A stretch of DNA of 64,000 nucleotides from Leptogorgia sarmentosa (taxonomy: Eukaryota), in NCBI GenBank assembly GCA_964658305.1, contig OZ210885.1:22010001-22074000 (forward strand), read 5' to 3'. Below, piece by piece: positions 38,350 to 49,504 of this stretch (within the stretch, counting starts at the first letter, position 1; the number at the start of each line of letters is the position of its first letter). A program made the translations under genes and the position numbers. A model generated the notes under the pieces. That model saw only the letters and a list, made by a program, of their open reading frames with translations, was not told the origin of the DNA and searched no databases.

Positions 38350-39702
38350 AAGACAAGTCCTCGCCAAACTTTGACAGATGTAGAACGACTTCCAAAAACA
38401 ACAAAATCATCCTTGAAGGTGTATGGGCTTGATGTTTATGAGAGTGACATTTGCACCTTGGAACCACAAACAATGGTCAATGACACCATAGTAAACATTT
38501 TGTTGGAGTAAGTTATAATTATCATTTTCTGTAGAATACCAGCTGTTATTATGATAATAGATTTTAACTGTGTTATAGTTTTGTGTAGGGATATTGCCTG
38601 CCCATTGCCTATCATCAGTACATACTTTTACACTGTGTTAAGTGGAGAACAAGACATGTCATGGCTAACAAAAAGGTATGTGCATGCAGATTGAAGAATA
38701 ATTTCAACCAGTGGTAGTGTGTTTTGACTTACATTGTAAACATAAAAAATTTTAGGGAGCAAAGAATGCAAAATGCTACGCAGTTTTTTGGAGCAGATTT
38801 GCTTAATAAAGATTATGTTGTAATTCCAATTAATCGACGGCAAGTACCTCATATTTTTTTCTGGAAAAAATATGGTAATTGGAGCTACAGTGTTAAAATA
38901 TTATTAATTTAATCATTGATGTCTATAGGTTGCATTGGTTCATGGCAATTTTGACCCCTTGGTATGTAGCTTATCTTATCTTTCATTCATTCATTCAATG
39001 AAGAAAGTTATATTTTATTAAATTAGTGTATTTTTCTAATTCATCAAGGCACTTGTTAATAATGGATTCATTGACAGTGGATGTGTCAACAAGAAAAACT
39101 GAAATCAGTCTAATCTACAGGTGTCTTTACCATTTAGTTTCCATCTATTCATTTTCTGAATGTAATTTCCCCCCAAATGTTTTGCCATAAATTCATGTAC
39201 TTTACTTGATATAGTTACCTGGATTTTCTGTGCAATGCAACAGGACTACCCAAGAAACATCATGGATTAACTTATCATTTATTAAAGGTATCTGTTAATA
39301 TACTGGCTTGCCTTCGGTATATTATATGAAATAGTATACAACAATTATTAACTTATCAATTATACTTTCAGGTCCCACAGCAACCACCTCACAGCAATAA
39401 CTGTGGCATGTATTTGTCTCTGTTTCTACATCATTTCTTTGAGGTGACACAATACTTTTTAATTATATGAGTTTTAAAATACCAACATTAACTTAATTCC
39501 CTTGTTTTTTTGTTATAATGGTATACTTCAATCTTTTTTATATTGTTAGGGACTATCACAGTATGAAGAAAACCCTAAGCACTATGTGGAGACTGACCAT
39601 GGTACTTGGTTCTCGGATGCAAATGCAGAGGAAAATCGTTCTCAGTGGAAGAGACACCTCACAGTTCGCAATGAAATGCTAAAGTTTAAAGATAAAGTTT
39701 AA
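38350..39702 (+). CDS. Ulp1/SENP-family (C48) cysteine protease domain split over eight short exons
   Basis: Phase-consistent exons give NDTIVN..ISTYFY..VIPINRRLHWFMAI..IMDSL..VPQQPPHSNNCG, a His-Asp-Cys triad. One intron appears to be GC-AG. Confidence 0.8.
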
Positions 39703-39738
39703 AAGTGATATTATTAGACCCAGTTTTTGTCATGATGC

Positions 39739-41786
39739 TCAGTCATCTTTATACTCTGAATCTTGTATAACACTAGGCTGTAGATTTACTAGTGCAGCAC
39801 AAACTGTAATGATTGAATCGATATATCCCTTCAATGTTAAGGGGATGACATGCTGTAATATAGTGAAACACTTCAGTTTTCTGATGATTCGCTCAACATG
39901 TACTCTCACATTGGCTATTCGTCTTGTGGCAGTAGATAAGCCAGAAGAAATGTTGCCTCTCCTCATAAGTGGTGGAGCTAACAGTTTGGTTTCATGAAGG
40001 GCCAAAAGGTCTTGAATATTAAAGCCTTTGTCAGCCATGACAACATCTCCAGGTTCAAGCTGCTCCAAGAAGCCACTTTCTTTCACAATCTCCTTGTCGC
40101 TTATGCTTCCAGAAAACAGTTTTGAAATGAAACTGATGTGGGCTATGGGGGAAATAGCAACAAGTAATTTGAAGGTGTTTGAGGATTTGTACTGACTGTG
40201 TGTGGATCTCTGACTAGACAGTTTAGTAGGTTGCTGAATATAGAATTCCGTACAATCAATAATAGCCCTTAGATTTGGTATGCCCCGAAGTTCTTTTGGC
40301 TTTCTAACTCCTTCCAAGTCATCAGTTGTTGTGAATGGTAGGAGGAATTTCAATTCTCTGGCTAGGAATAGGACCCAGGTGATAAAAATGTTGCTGCCAG
40401 TTCCTGGTGATATACCAAAAAGGTCGGATAACATGATGATACTTGTATTCCTACGGAGACGCACCAATGTAAATAGGAATTGTTCTTTTGTTGTCAACTT
40501 CTTGGTCTTGTACTTTTGCTACAAATGTTTAAAGACTATAGTACAGCTTTTACATAAGGTGGAATAAAAATTCTTATTGCATTTTTTATACTAATTACAT
40601 CTCCTAGTAGTTACCTTGATGTACTTGCTGTTGAGGTGCACTCTGTTCACTTTTGTTTTGGTTTTACCTTTCCACAAATACATTCTTTTTGCTTTTACTT
40701 TGATTAGATCAAACACAGCATTAAGACACTCTTTGCTCATACCTTATATGTAAAAAGTAGATAATCATTTTCCATCTTATAAGGACTTTTTTTCTAAACA
40801 TTTAATATGACACTTATTGGTGGTGAATGAGGAAAACCTCTAAGGAATTGATGGCTTGCTCAGAGTTCAGAAAATTACCTATTGCCACATAAAATTCCAA
40901 GTACTTAATATGAGGAAGTATGTGCAACCAAATTTCAGTGACTGTTATGGCCTGTACACATTTATGTGTTGTTAACTGTTTATTTCAAAATGTGAAATGT
41001 AAACATTTCATTGTGCAAAGCATCTGTAAATAGAACTTACCAGTATAATGCATGACCTTTTTGGGGTCTTTGACGTTTGCCAAGAACTGCCTCCGTAGTT
41101 GCGCTTTATCTAGAAGCATGTAATTTTTTTCATCGATAGTCCCTGGTGCTGTTGCAGATTTTTTTTGGCCAAGAGACCCAGCTATAACCGTGTTATTGGT
41201 CTTGATGTTGTCAATGCTGATATCAGCGAGAGAACAAAGTGTTTCGGCCACATGAATCTCCTCTTCATTCATTGATACATCAGACGGCATTGGTGACGTT
41301 TCTGTTGCACATTTTTCTTCAACAAAACAGTCAAGTTGGGGTTTCTTCGATTGTAAACCATAGCTGATAGCTTTCCTTTCTTTTGGCGGCTTATGTTTGC
41401 GGTTCAAAATTCTGACCTAAAATAGGACTTTAATTTTAATAACAGTAATAATAATGGATTGAAGAATTCACAGACATAGACTTTTTTTACATAAAAAAAC
41501 ATACCAACTCTTCACTCCGCGTGGCTGGTATGGGATCAGGATGCTCGTTTGTTGGACCGTTCTCGCCAACAAAATGAAGACTGCAGATGTAGCTGTCCTT
41601 CGAACAGTTGAAACCGTCCCCACGACGACACGCGTCTATCCATCTCAAACGTTTTTGTTTTCCCCTTTTCGGACCAGGAAAATGAATAAAAGTGACTGGG
41701 TTGCCTTTAGAATTTTTTACCATGCGTTCTGGATAACGCGAGTCATTCTTACACGTTCCCCAGGCGCATCTTTTTGTGGTTACCAT
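39739..41786 (-). CDS. THAP + DDE_Tnp_4-type transposase, spliced
   Basis: THAP CAWGTCKN..HFP..RWIDAC..YICSLHF, then IIDCTEF, MADKGF and RVHVERII motifs. Confidence 0.9.
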
Positions 41787-41907
41787 ACTGTATAAACCAC
41801 AAACCAATGTTCGTACTTCGTACGCGAACTGATTGTCCGAACATTCCGGATTTGTTTACATTTTTGGTCACGTGATGCTACACGTGTTTTTAGAGCCGAA
41901 AAGGTGG

Positions 41908-42457
41908 ATTGCTTCACAACAGGCAATAGCTTATTGTTTTGAATCTTCATGAAGTTACTGGAAGTTGGTGGTGATGGCATGTTCATGACTTTAGTGAATG
42001 TCACCATGGCACTGTGTCCTCGACCAATCTTCCTGAATGCTAACACTGCTCTTGTGTTTACATTGTATGAGTGACCTTGCTTCTGGGATGTATGAAAGCA
42101 ATGCTTCCAGTCACATTCAGGATTGTTGCATTGTAGAACGATATAATGCGAAAACCCATTTTTTTTCTTGATATCCACATGAGATGTCATATGGTTGCCA
42201 CAGTCAGGGCATCTCAGTACTTCATCAAAGACAAAAAAAAGTGCCTCTACATCCATGAATACGGTGCCTTCTTTGACGGAGTCAGTAACGCGACGATTCA
42301 CACCAAATTTGTCTTGTGAATCGGCAAGTTTGGTGTGGGAAGCCCCCGTGTTTTGGGGAGATGACTGAGATGGTTGGCCGCCATCTTTGAATTTCTTGTT
42401 TCCCTTTCGTTGTGGAATTCTCTTCTTTTTTCTCTTTCTATTTTGCGGATTTCCCAT
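41908..42457 (-). pseudogene. Kolobok transposase N-terminal part
   Basis: Zinc ribbon CPDC..CNNPEC and YNVNTRAVLAF..IGRGH. Joins 36126 in frame. Confidence 0.8.
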
Positions 42458-42941
42458 TATTATATCAAATAATATTTTAACAAGATGTTAAAAGAAATTT
42501 CAAAAAACGACAGGAAGTCCTCAAAAACTACAAAGAAATCGCGGAGTATTTGCTAGCAAATTCGCTCGGTCGATCAGTAAGCACGCGCTATGAATAATGC
42601 ATATTCGTGTTGTCATAGCGCTGTTTATATATGGCCAATCAAATTGCAGCTTTCAAAATGACTCCTAGATCACATACATCAAAAGTAGAAACTTCAAAAA
42701 CATTTATTTATTCATTTGTTTATGGTTTTTTTGCGTTTTTTTGGGCCAAAACTCGTTGCTAAGGCGTTGCTAAGGGGAAAATTATGCACTATGGTCACTT
42801 CAAAAGCATTTTTCGCGTTCAAAACTAGAGAAATCAACTAAAATAATTGCAGATTCTGAATTTTCAATACTTGAAATATCTAAAACACTAAAACCCAAAA
42901 TTTTGAAAAAATCATTTTGAAAAGGGATATAACCACCGTAA

Positions 42942-43450
42942 TGTTCTTGTCAAGATTATTATTCTTGCTATTTTCTTATTTCAAGAATTCTAAATTCTTT
43001 TCAAGATTTACCTGGCTTGTTTTTAGAAAATATATTCTTGGTAAGAATAATTTTTCTTGTTGCAAGAATTATATATTCTCGACGAGAATAATATTGCTTA
43101 GAATGAGAATACTATTGCTCAATTTAAGAATTCAGCAAGAATTTTTTAAACAACAGCAAGAATTATATTCTCTTCTAGAACATGGCATTCATTATGCAAG
43201 AATATTGTTCTTGTTTTAAGAATTTGATGTTCTTGTCAAGATTATTATTCATGCTATTTTCTTATTTCAAGAATACTAAATTCTTATCAAGATTTACCTT
43301 GCTTGTTTTTAGAAAATATATTCTTGGTAAGAATAATTTTTCTTGTTTCAGCAATTATATATTCTTGGCGAGAATAAGATTGCTCAAAACGAGAATAATA
43401 TTGCTCAATTTAAGAATTTAACAAGAATTTTTTTCTTTCAAGAATTTAAA
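42942..43450. repeat. ~286-bp tandem repeat (about 1.8 copies)
   Basis: tgttcttgtcaagattattattc recurs at 42942 and 43228. Confidence 0.8.
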
Positions 43451-43459
43451 ATTTTGCTG

Positions 43460-43685
43460 TGTGTTCCTGGTGTTCTTGGTGTTCTTAGTATTCTTGGTGT
43501 TCTTGCTGTTCCTGGCATTCTAAGTGTTCCTGGCGTTCTTAGTGTTCCTGGCGTTCTTAGTGTTCTTGGCGTTCTTGCTGTTCCCAGCGTTCTTGCTGTT
43601 CCTGGTGTTCTTAGTGTTCTTGGTGTTCTTGCTGTTCCTGGCCTTCTTAGTGTTCTGGCGTTCTTAGTGTTCTTCATATTCTTAG
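43460..43685. repeat. 9-bp minisatellite (gttcttagt/gttcctggc type)
   Basis: About 24 degenerate 9-mers. Reverse complement of the arrays at 52524 and 58974. Confidence 0.9.
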
Positions 43686-44057
43686 ACTACTATTAAGTAT
43701 TGTTCTGTTATATCTTTTAGAGGTGATATTTATTCTGTAAACTAAATTTCTTACTGGAAACATTTGAATATAATAAATTTGCGTATACCAATGAAGATGT
43801 ATTCCTTTGACGGCAAAAGACTCAGGCGTATATTTAATTTCTATTCCTTACATGTCCATTTGATAAAAAAACAACAAACCACGCTATATTCTTTCTTTAC
43901 TAGCTTAGGTCAATCTAATCTTCAAGCAATATGTATCAACAAACAATTTGTTTTGACGTCGTGCTAATCAGTTATATTTTGTCCATATATCTAATATAAA
44001 ATTTGGCTACATTTTAGCTAACTGTCTACAATATCAACATATTAAATATGAATTATT

Positions 44058-44480
44058 TAGGAAATAGAAAACATTTTCCGTGTTTCTATGGAAAACACGC
44101 CTGGCCCCGGTTGTATAAAACTCTTAACTATCCGTTTCGTATTTAAATGGTAGTTAACTTTGAAATATGCGCTTCTGATTGCTAATTTTTTGCACTTAAA
44201 CTATAGTTAACTTTAAGCACGTTTTTATACAACCGACCCCTGGAGGTTTGGGAGAAACGAGAATTTGCATGGGTTTCCACTCATTATCTCGTTTCTCCCA
44301 AATTTCCACAAGTGTCTAACTATGCAGGAACACAGAAAAATGGTTTTCTATTTCCTTAAATAAATAGCCCTTTAAAAACAATAAAACGATAAATTTATTA
44401 ATTTTACCTACTAAATATTGTTTTGTATTTTATTTTTTAAAAATTCCCGCACAATCCACGCGAAAATTCCCGGTTTCAAT
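44058..44480. repeat. palindromic dispersed repeat (second, inverted copy at ~59600-60170)
   Basis: ggaaatagaaaacattttccgtg ... ttttctatttcc hairpin, with a shared AT-rich flank. Confidence 0.6.
44104..44239. mobile_element. Harbinger-type MITE
   Basis: TIR core cggttgtataaaa, with CTG on both flanks. Confidence 0.7.
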
Positions 44481-44581
44481 CATGTTATACGTTTTTTTTG
44501 AGCTTTCATGCCGTGTTTCTAAAAGGCCACTTTATAAACAAAATTTCATCAGTTAACATTTTAACTAATCAGTAAAGTCTC

Positions 44582-47500
44582 TTAATTACGACGTCCCCTT
44601 TTGCCATCCTGCATGACAACTTCGTTTGCAGACAGAGAATCTTTCAATTTCTCTACCGCTGTTTTCCGCTTTCTGTTGGTGTTGCCACTTGTTGTGGCTG
44701 GTTCCGTTTCCAACTCAGCGCGTATGTCGCTTTGGGTAGGCTCTGTATCATACCCTTTCTCCTCCTCATCATCAGCATTCTGAGGTGTGAGTGGAGTTAA
44801 ACCTCTTATCACTAAAAATGATAATTGCTAGTTGAGTAATGATTGGTGTATTATATATATATAAGACTGGGTGTTCTTTAGCTTATTTTCACATGCAGTA
44901 TATTTGGTGAATGTTACGGGTAGTTATCCGACGCGCAAAACACACTGTATCATGAGAGGTAACTATCACACACTTGCAATTACGTACCATTTGCTAGGGC
45001 ATCGTAAACTTCTGGTTGGAACGCTGACAGTCCTACCACGATGCAATGTACAGCCTTCATTGAGCCATCCCTTTGCTTCATTTCTCATTTTTGTGATGTC
45101 TTGTAAAGAACTGTCACCTTCTGTTGTGCCAGTTCGTTCATCACTTGTTCCTTACTCAACCTTGCCTTGTCCTCTGGAAGAGCTTCCCATCTTATAGCCA
45201 AGGCGTCTTCCCGCTCAAGCTTCGTTTTTCGTACGCATTCATCAATCTTTTAAAAAACATGTGTACATATAGTTGAGAATCCTGACATGTTAATCAGGTT
45301 ATTCATTTGTATTTTAAAGCAACCTGATAAGGTGACGTACAGTGATTCAATAATATATTAGAGAGCTTCATGTTTATGGCAAACCGCATCTTATTACCTT
45401 GTCTTGATCCGGATTAGCATCGATAAATTGAACCAACTCTTGTCCAATGTATTCAAGAATGTTACGTTGTTGGCCAGATGTTGAGGTTGTTGGTGCCGAG
45501 ACGTCTGGGCTCACTGGCAGAGGTCAATCATGCAGCTACTTTTTACCCTTAACCTTCTGCACCAAATCATATAGCATGGGACCAAAGGGGTTTTTTTAAA
45601 TTGGTCAGATTGTACTATAATAAAATGTTTTCGGAAATAAAAAAATGGGGGTAACCAGCCGTAAAATGCGTTCAAAGCCGAAATATCGTCATAATTGAAT
45701 AATCGTCATTGTTGCAAAAGTGGTGGCGTCACTTTTGTGACTGATTTTGAACTGATTTGATTGACGCTGCATATTGGTATACAAATTCCGATTTCTAGAA
45801 AGCAACATTTCTTCAAAGTGTTGATCTAGTTTATGCGTTTTCAGCATTTCTATAAACTATAGCCTATAGGGAGCTACCTTAAAATAATCTTATGACATTC
45901 TTAAATTCGGAATACAATAAAGCGCTTTCGCAGTTTTTTTGCAATATAGCTTCATCATACCATATGTAGCGTATAAATTCATATTTATATTTAACACAGA
46001 AGGATGTTCTTTGAACAATCTTCTTAGCCTATTCTTTAAATTTTGCATATTTTAGCCTGAAATATTCTTATAGACTTGATTTTTAGCTTGTCAGTTTTAG
46101 TGATGAGGTCAGCTATAATTTGGTTGACTGAATCTCTAGAAATTGTTGTTCGGGTGTGGAAACACTGTTTACAGTTTACTGAATTTTTACCTTGTTCAAT
46201 ATTTTTCTTTGTTCCGCAAAATATCGAACAAATGCTTCGGCAGTTTTTGCCGTTTCTTCTGTTATTTCCTGTGAAATTTCAACGGTGTCTTCCACGTTAA
46301 CGTTTTCATTAAGGAAGAAGTTCATGACAGTGAAAAGCACATGAATTGTGGCACACAACCTGAAAATAACAAAAACGTTTGGGGTTCTCAATAATTGCTA
46401 TTGTTTTAGCTTGTAAGTATATTATATAGTATATTCAGGTATAGTATGGGCCGTACGGGTTCGTTCAAAACTGGGTTCTTTTGGGAGTATCAGGATTCAA
46501 CCAAACCAGTCTCAAAGTAAAATAGCATCAGAAAGCAGCAAAAGTTTCACTCACTACCTAAGCGATAAAACAGATTCAACGTTTCGAGCAAAGGCCCTTC
46601 GTCGGGATTGGAGGGACTCCGAATAGTGGACAACATCACTGCATTTTGTCTTCTAACCCACCCAATAAAAATTTGTCATTACCCTACCTAATAAAAATTT
46701 TTCTGTCTTTAGACGGGTTATCGGATAAAATTATATCTTCTTCTAGTTGCCGATTCATTTCTTTTACTATATCATCTGAAAACTTGGTATAGAAATTCCT
46801 GGATTCTTCATTGAACATATATGTCGTTGGATTTATGTGTCCTTTGAATATTGCTTCATAGATTTCTATGAAGAGGTGGAGGAATTGCCTCTTATTTTTC
46901 TGTTATATTGGGGCATTTGAGCACATTTTTCCCAAAGGGTTGGGAGTTGGGGCAATTGAAATTCTTTTGGTGGGCGGGCAACTGGGCAATTTGCCACAAA
47001 GGCTGCATTGGCCCCAAAATACTACCCCCCCCCCCTGAAAAACAATATGGGCGGTCCTGTTGATAGGGAAACCGTGGCAACAGTAATCACGACGTTTTAA
47101 GCCCATTTTCCACTAGGCGAATTTGTTAGCGCGAACAGAGAAAAAAAAACTTGATTGGCTGGTGATAAACACTGACGACATCACCATGCACCCAATCACA
47201 ATCATTATTATATGACTGCCAGTATAAAATGAGTTGTTAACGAATAGGATATATAGGCTAAGGGTTGAGGTTGGTTTATATTTTTACAATTTGAAGTACG
47301 AATAGCAAACGACTGACTGCGTACTGCTACAGTGTGAATAGCCACTTCGTTTATTTTTACAGACTATAACATGGACCGTGACATAATTAAATTTCCCTTG
47401 TCAAAACATGACAGTTACGCCCAAAATAGCAGCAAAATGGCAAAACGCGCCGTTTCAAATGGCAAATGGAAGAAAATGTTTGTGGTTTGTGCTTGAACTC

Positions 47501-48467
47501 AAATAGCTGTATGCAGTCAAAACCAAAAAACAAAAACTCTGAAAACATACATTTTATAGTACAGTAAAACCAGAAACGTTTCAAATAGATCAAAATTATC
47601 AACTTAGTGTACTGTTATTTAAAATAAAATTTCAACTTATGATCAAAGTTTGATATGTTGAAAGTGTCCAAAACTTCATTCCAACTCTCAATTTCATTCT
47701 CTGTCAGGATAACTGGCTTTATAAGGCATACGCTAAGTCTGTCAGTGAACCCATCATCCGACATTCCAAGCATTTGATACAGATAAAGAAATGGTTGTGG
47801 TTGACAAAAGCCACCAACCACCATACACGTTTTGTCGAGGACAGCTCTTGTGTCAGTCTGCACATCTTTTGGCGAATCCGATCTTTCTTTTCCATGGCTC
47901 CCATGCTTTTTCCGAATCATGGTCGTGTCACCATCATGGAGACGACAGAAAAGCTGGCACTCTCTGTTCCCTTCATTTTGGTGTCTGATCAGAGTTTCCA
48001 GAAAACTCGACATTACCGCATGGCAAAGGAGTCCTCTCCCGCCATGTGTTTTCAGGTGGTCAAACAACCCTTTTGCTGTATATTTGTGGATCAACAAGGT
48101 TGACGATACACTATTCAAAGGTGATTCCACTGCAATTTTATACGCTTGGGTCTTTCCAGTTCCCAGCTCACATAGGCAGAGGGTAAATAAGTTGTATGGT
48201 TCCTTATGCCGTTCACGAACTGCAAACACACAGTCCGGTCCCATTAGGCAAGACGTAACTGTCAGTGCACTGACGAGAAGAAACTCAGGTTGTGTATTGA
48301 TGGCACCTGCCATCGTTCTTAGCCACGACTTTATTGGATCTGTTACTGCATCCCACGGGAAATCGATATTTCTCGCTTCCTTGATGATATCGAACAACTT
48401 AGATACTGGTATTTCAGGTTGTCCTTTTTTCGCTAAAAAACATTGTTCGCTAAAAAACGTCAAGATT
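44582..48467 (-). pseudogene. multi-exon DUF3987/YfjI-like P-loop protein gene (degraded)
   Basis: NLFTLCLCELGTGKTQ Walker A, TAKGLF, LHDGD, GGFCQP and DGFTDR. Further exons at ~46690-46870 and ~46190-46360 (RLCATIHVL..EITEETAKTA). The distal exons and 3' end are tentative. Confidence 0.65.
46573..46610 (-). ncRNA. degenerate hammerhead ribozyme remnant (Penelope-type)
   Basis: The minus strand reads CCGACGA-agggc-cttt-gctc-GAAA-cgTT. The core has a T>C change and stem I pairs poorly. Confidence 0.55.
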
Positions 48468-48685
48468 ATTAGTATTTGCTTTTATTAGTATTCATACAGA
48501 GAATAAGTATTATTATCTCGTAAACAATAATCTTACCTTCAGTGGCTATCGCAATATGTTTTCCTGTACTGTAGTGCACCCAGAACTGCGCCCAAAACAT
48601 ATATGATATGATGTGTCTGTTGTTGTTGTAATATATTGCAAATGTAGTTTCTAAATTTAGGAGCATGTTTGTTTTCTTTTGTTAT

Positions 48686-49120
48686 TTTGCAAATTGAGGT
48701 GTTTTCAGCCACCCGACTTGTCAAACTATAAAGTATAATTTTTGTTTTTGACATGGTAATGATTCCATGCATAACTCATATTTTGCATGAAGACCTTAAA
48801 ATATCCATATTCACAAAAAATTCGTCGAAAATTCAGCTTAGTCATGACAGCTGGCGACAAATATTTAAAAAAATATTTTAGGCGGCCAAATAATCGGGGG
48901 CGATTAAAGTAATTTGCAAATTGAGGTGTTTTCAGCCACCCGACTTGTCAAACTCGGAATGTTCTTGCTGTTTTAGCTTTCAAGTATAATTTTTGTTTTT
49001 GACATGGTAATGATTTCCCATGCAAAATATCCATATTCACAAAAAATTCGTCGAAAGCATGACAGCTGGCGACAAATATTTAAAAAAATATTTTAGGCGG
49101 CCAAATAATCGGGGGTGATC
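48686..49120. repeat. ~225-bp imperfect tandem duplication
   Basis: tttgcaaattgaggtgttttcagccacccgacttgtcaaact and ...ggcggccaaataatcggggg each occur twice. Confidence 0.85.
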
Positions 49121-49504
49121 AAGTGAAGTGCATTCCTGAAATGCATTGTTCAAGCTCAGCTTCGCTTCGGTACATAACATTGAATAATTTATTCAAGAAA
49201 GAATATCAGTCTGAATAATTCTTGATATCATTCAGCCTCATCCAATAATTATTATATACCCATCATGTAATATCCAAATCATTTATTAGTAATAACATAA
49301 TATATTATATATCCATCGATAGGCTGATTGAACATTTTCGCATTAATTTAATGTTACGTTAGTTAAAGGGGGGTTACAGTCTCCTGTGCGATATACAGCC
49401 TTTGTTTACAAATACACTTCATCGTTTTGCATATCTTGTTGAATAAACAGTTTTTTTACCACAAGCACCAGCATTTAAAAGATTTACAATTGATGTAAAC
49501 TGCT

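Larger units (their letters stand above)
36127..41907. mobile_element. ISL2EU-type (PIF/Harbinger-related) transposon inserted in the Kolobok transposase
   Basis: ~80-bp TIRs (accttttcggctctaaaaacacgtg...) and an AT duplication (36125-36126, 41908-41909). Removing it restores PVVKQLANDSM. Confidence 0.88.
34339..42937 (-). mobile_element. Kolobok-type DNA transposon with GTAA target duplication
   Basis: TIR GGTGGTTATATCCCTT at both ends. gtaa at 34335-34338 and 42938-42941. Confidence 0.85.

Noticed and set aside
49155..49185. gcttcgcttcggtacata resembling the 5' end of U6 snRNA (a Dada target)
   Set aside because: Only ~10 nt match with no continuation into U6. It looks like a common palindromic repeat motif.
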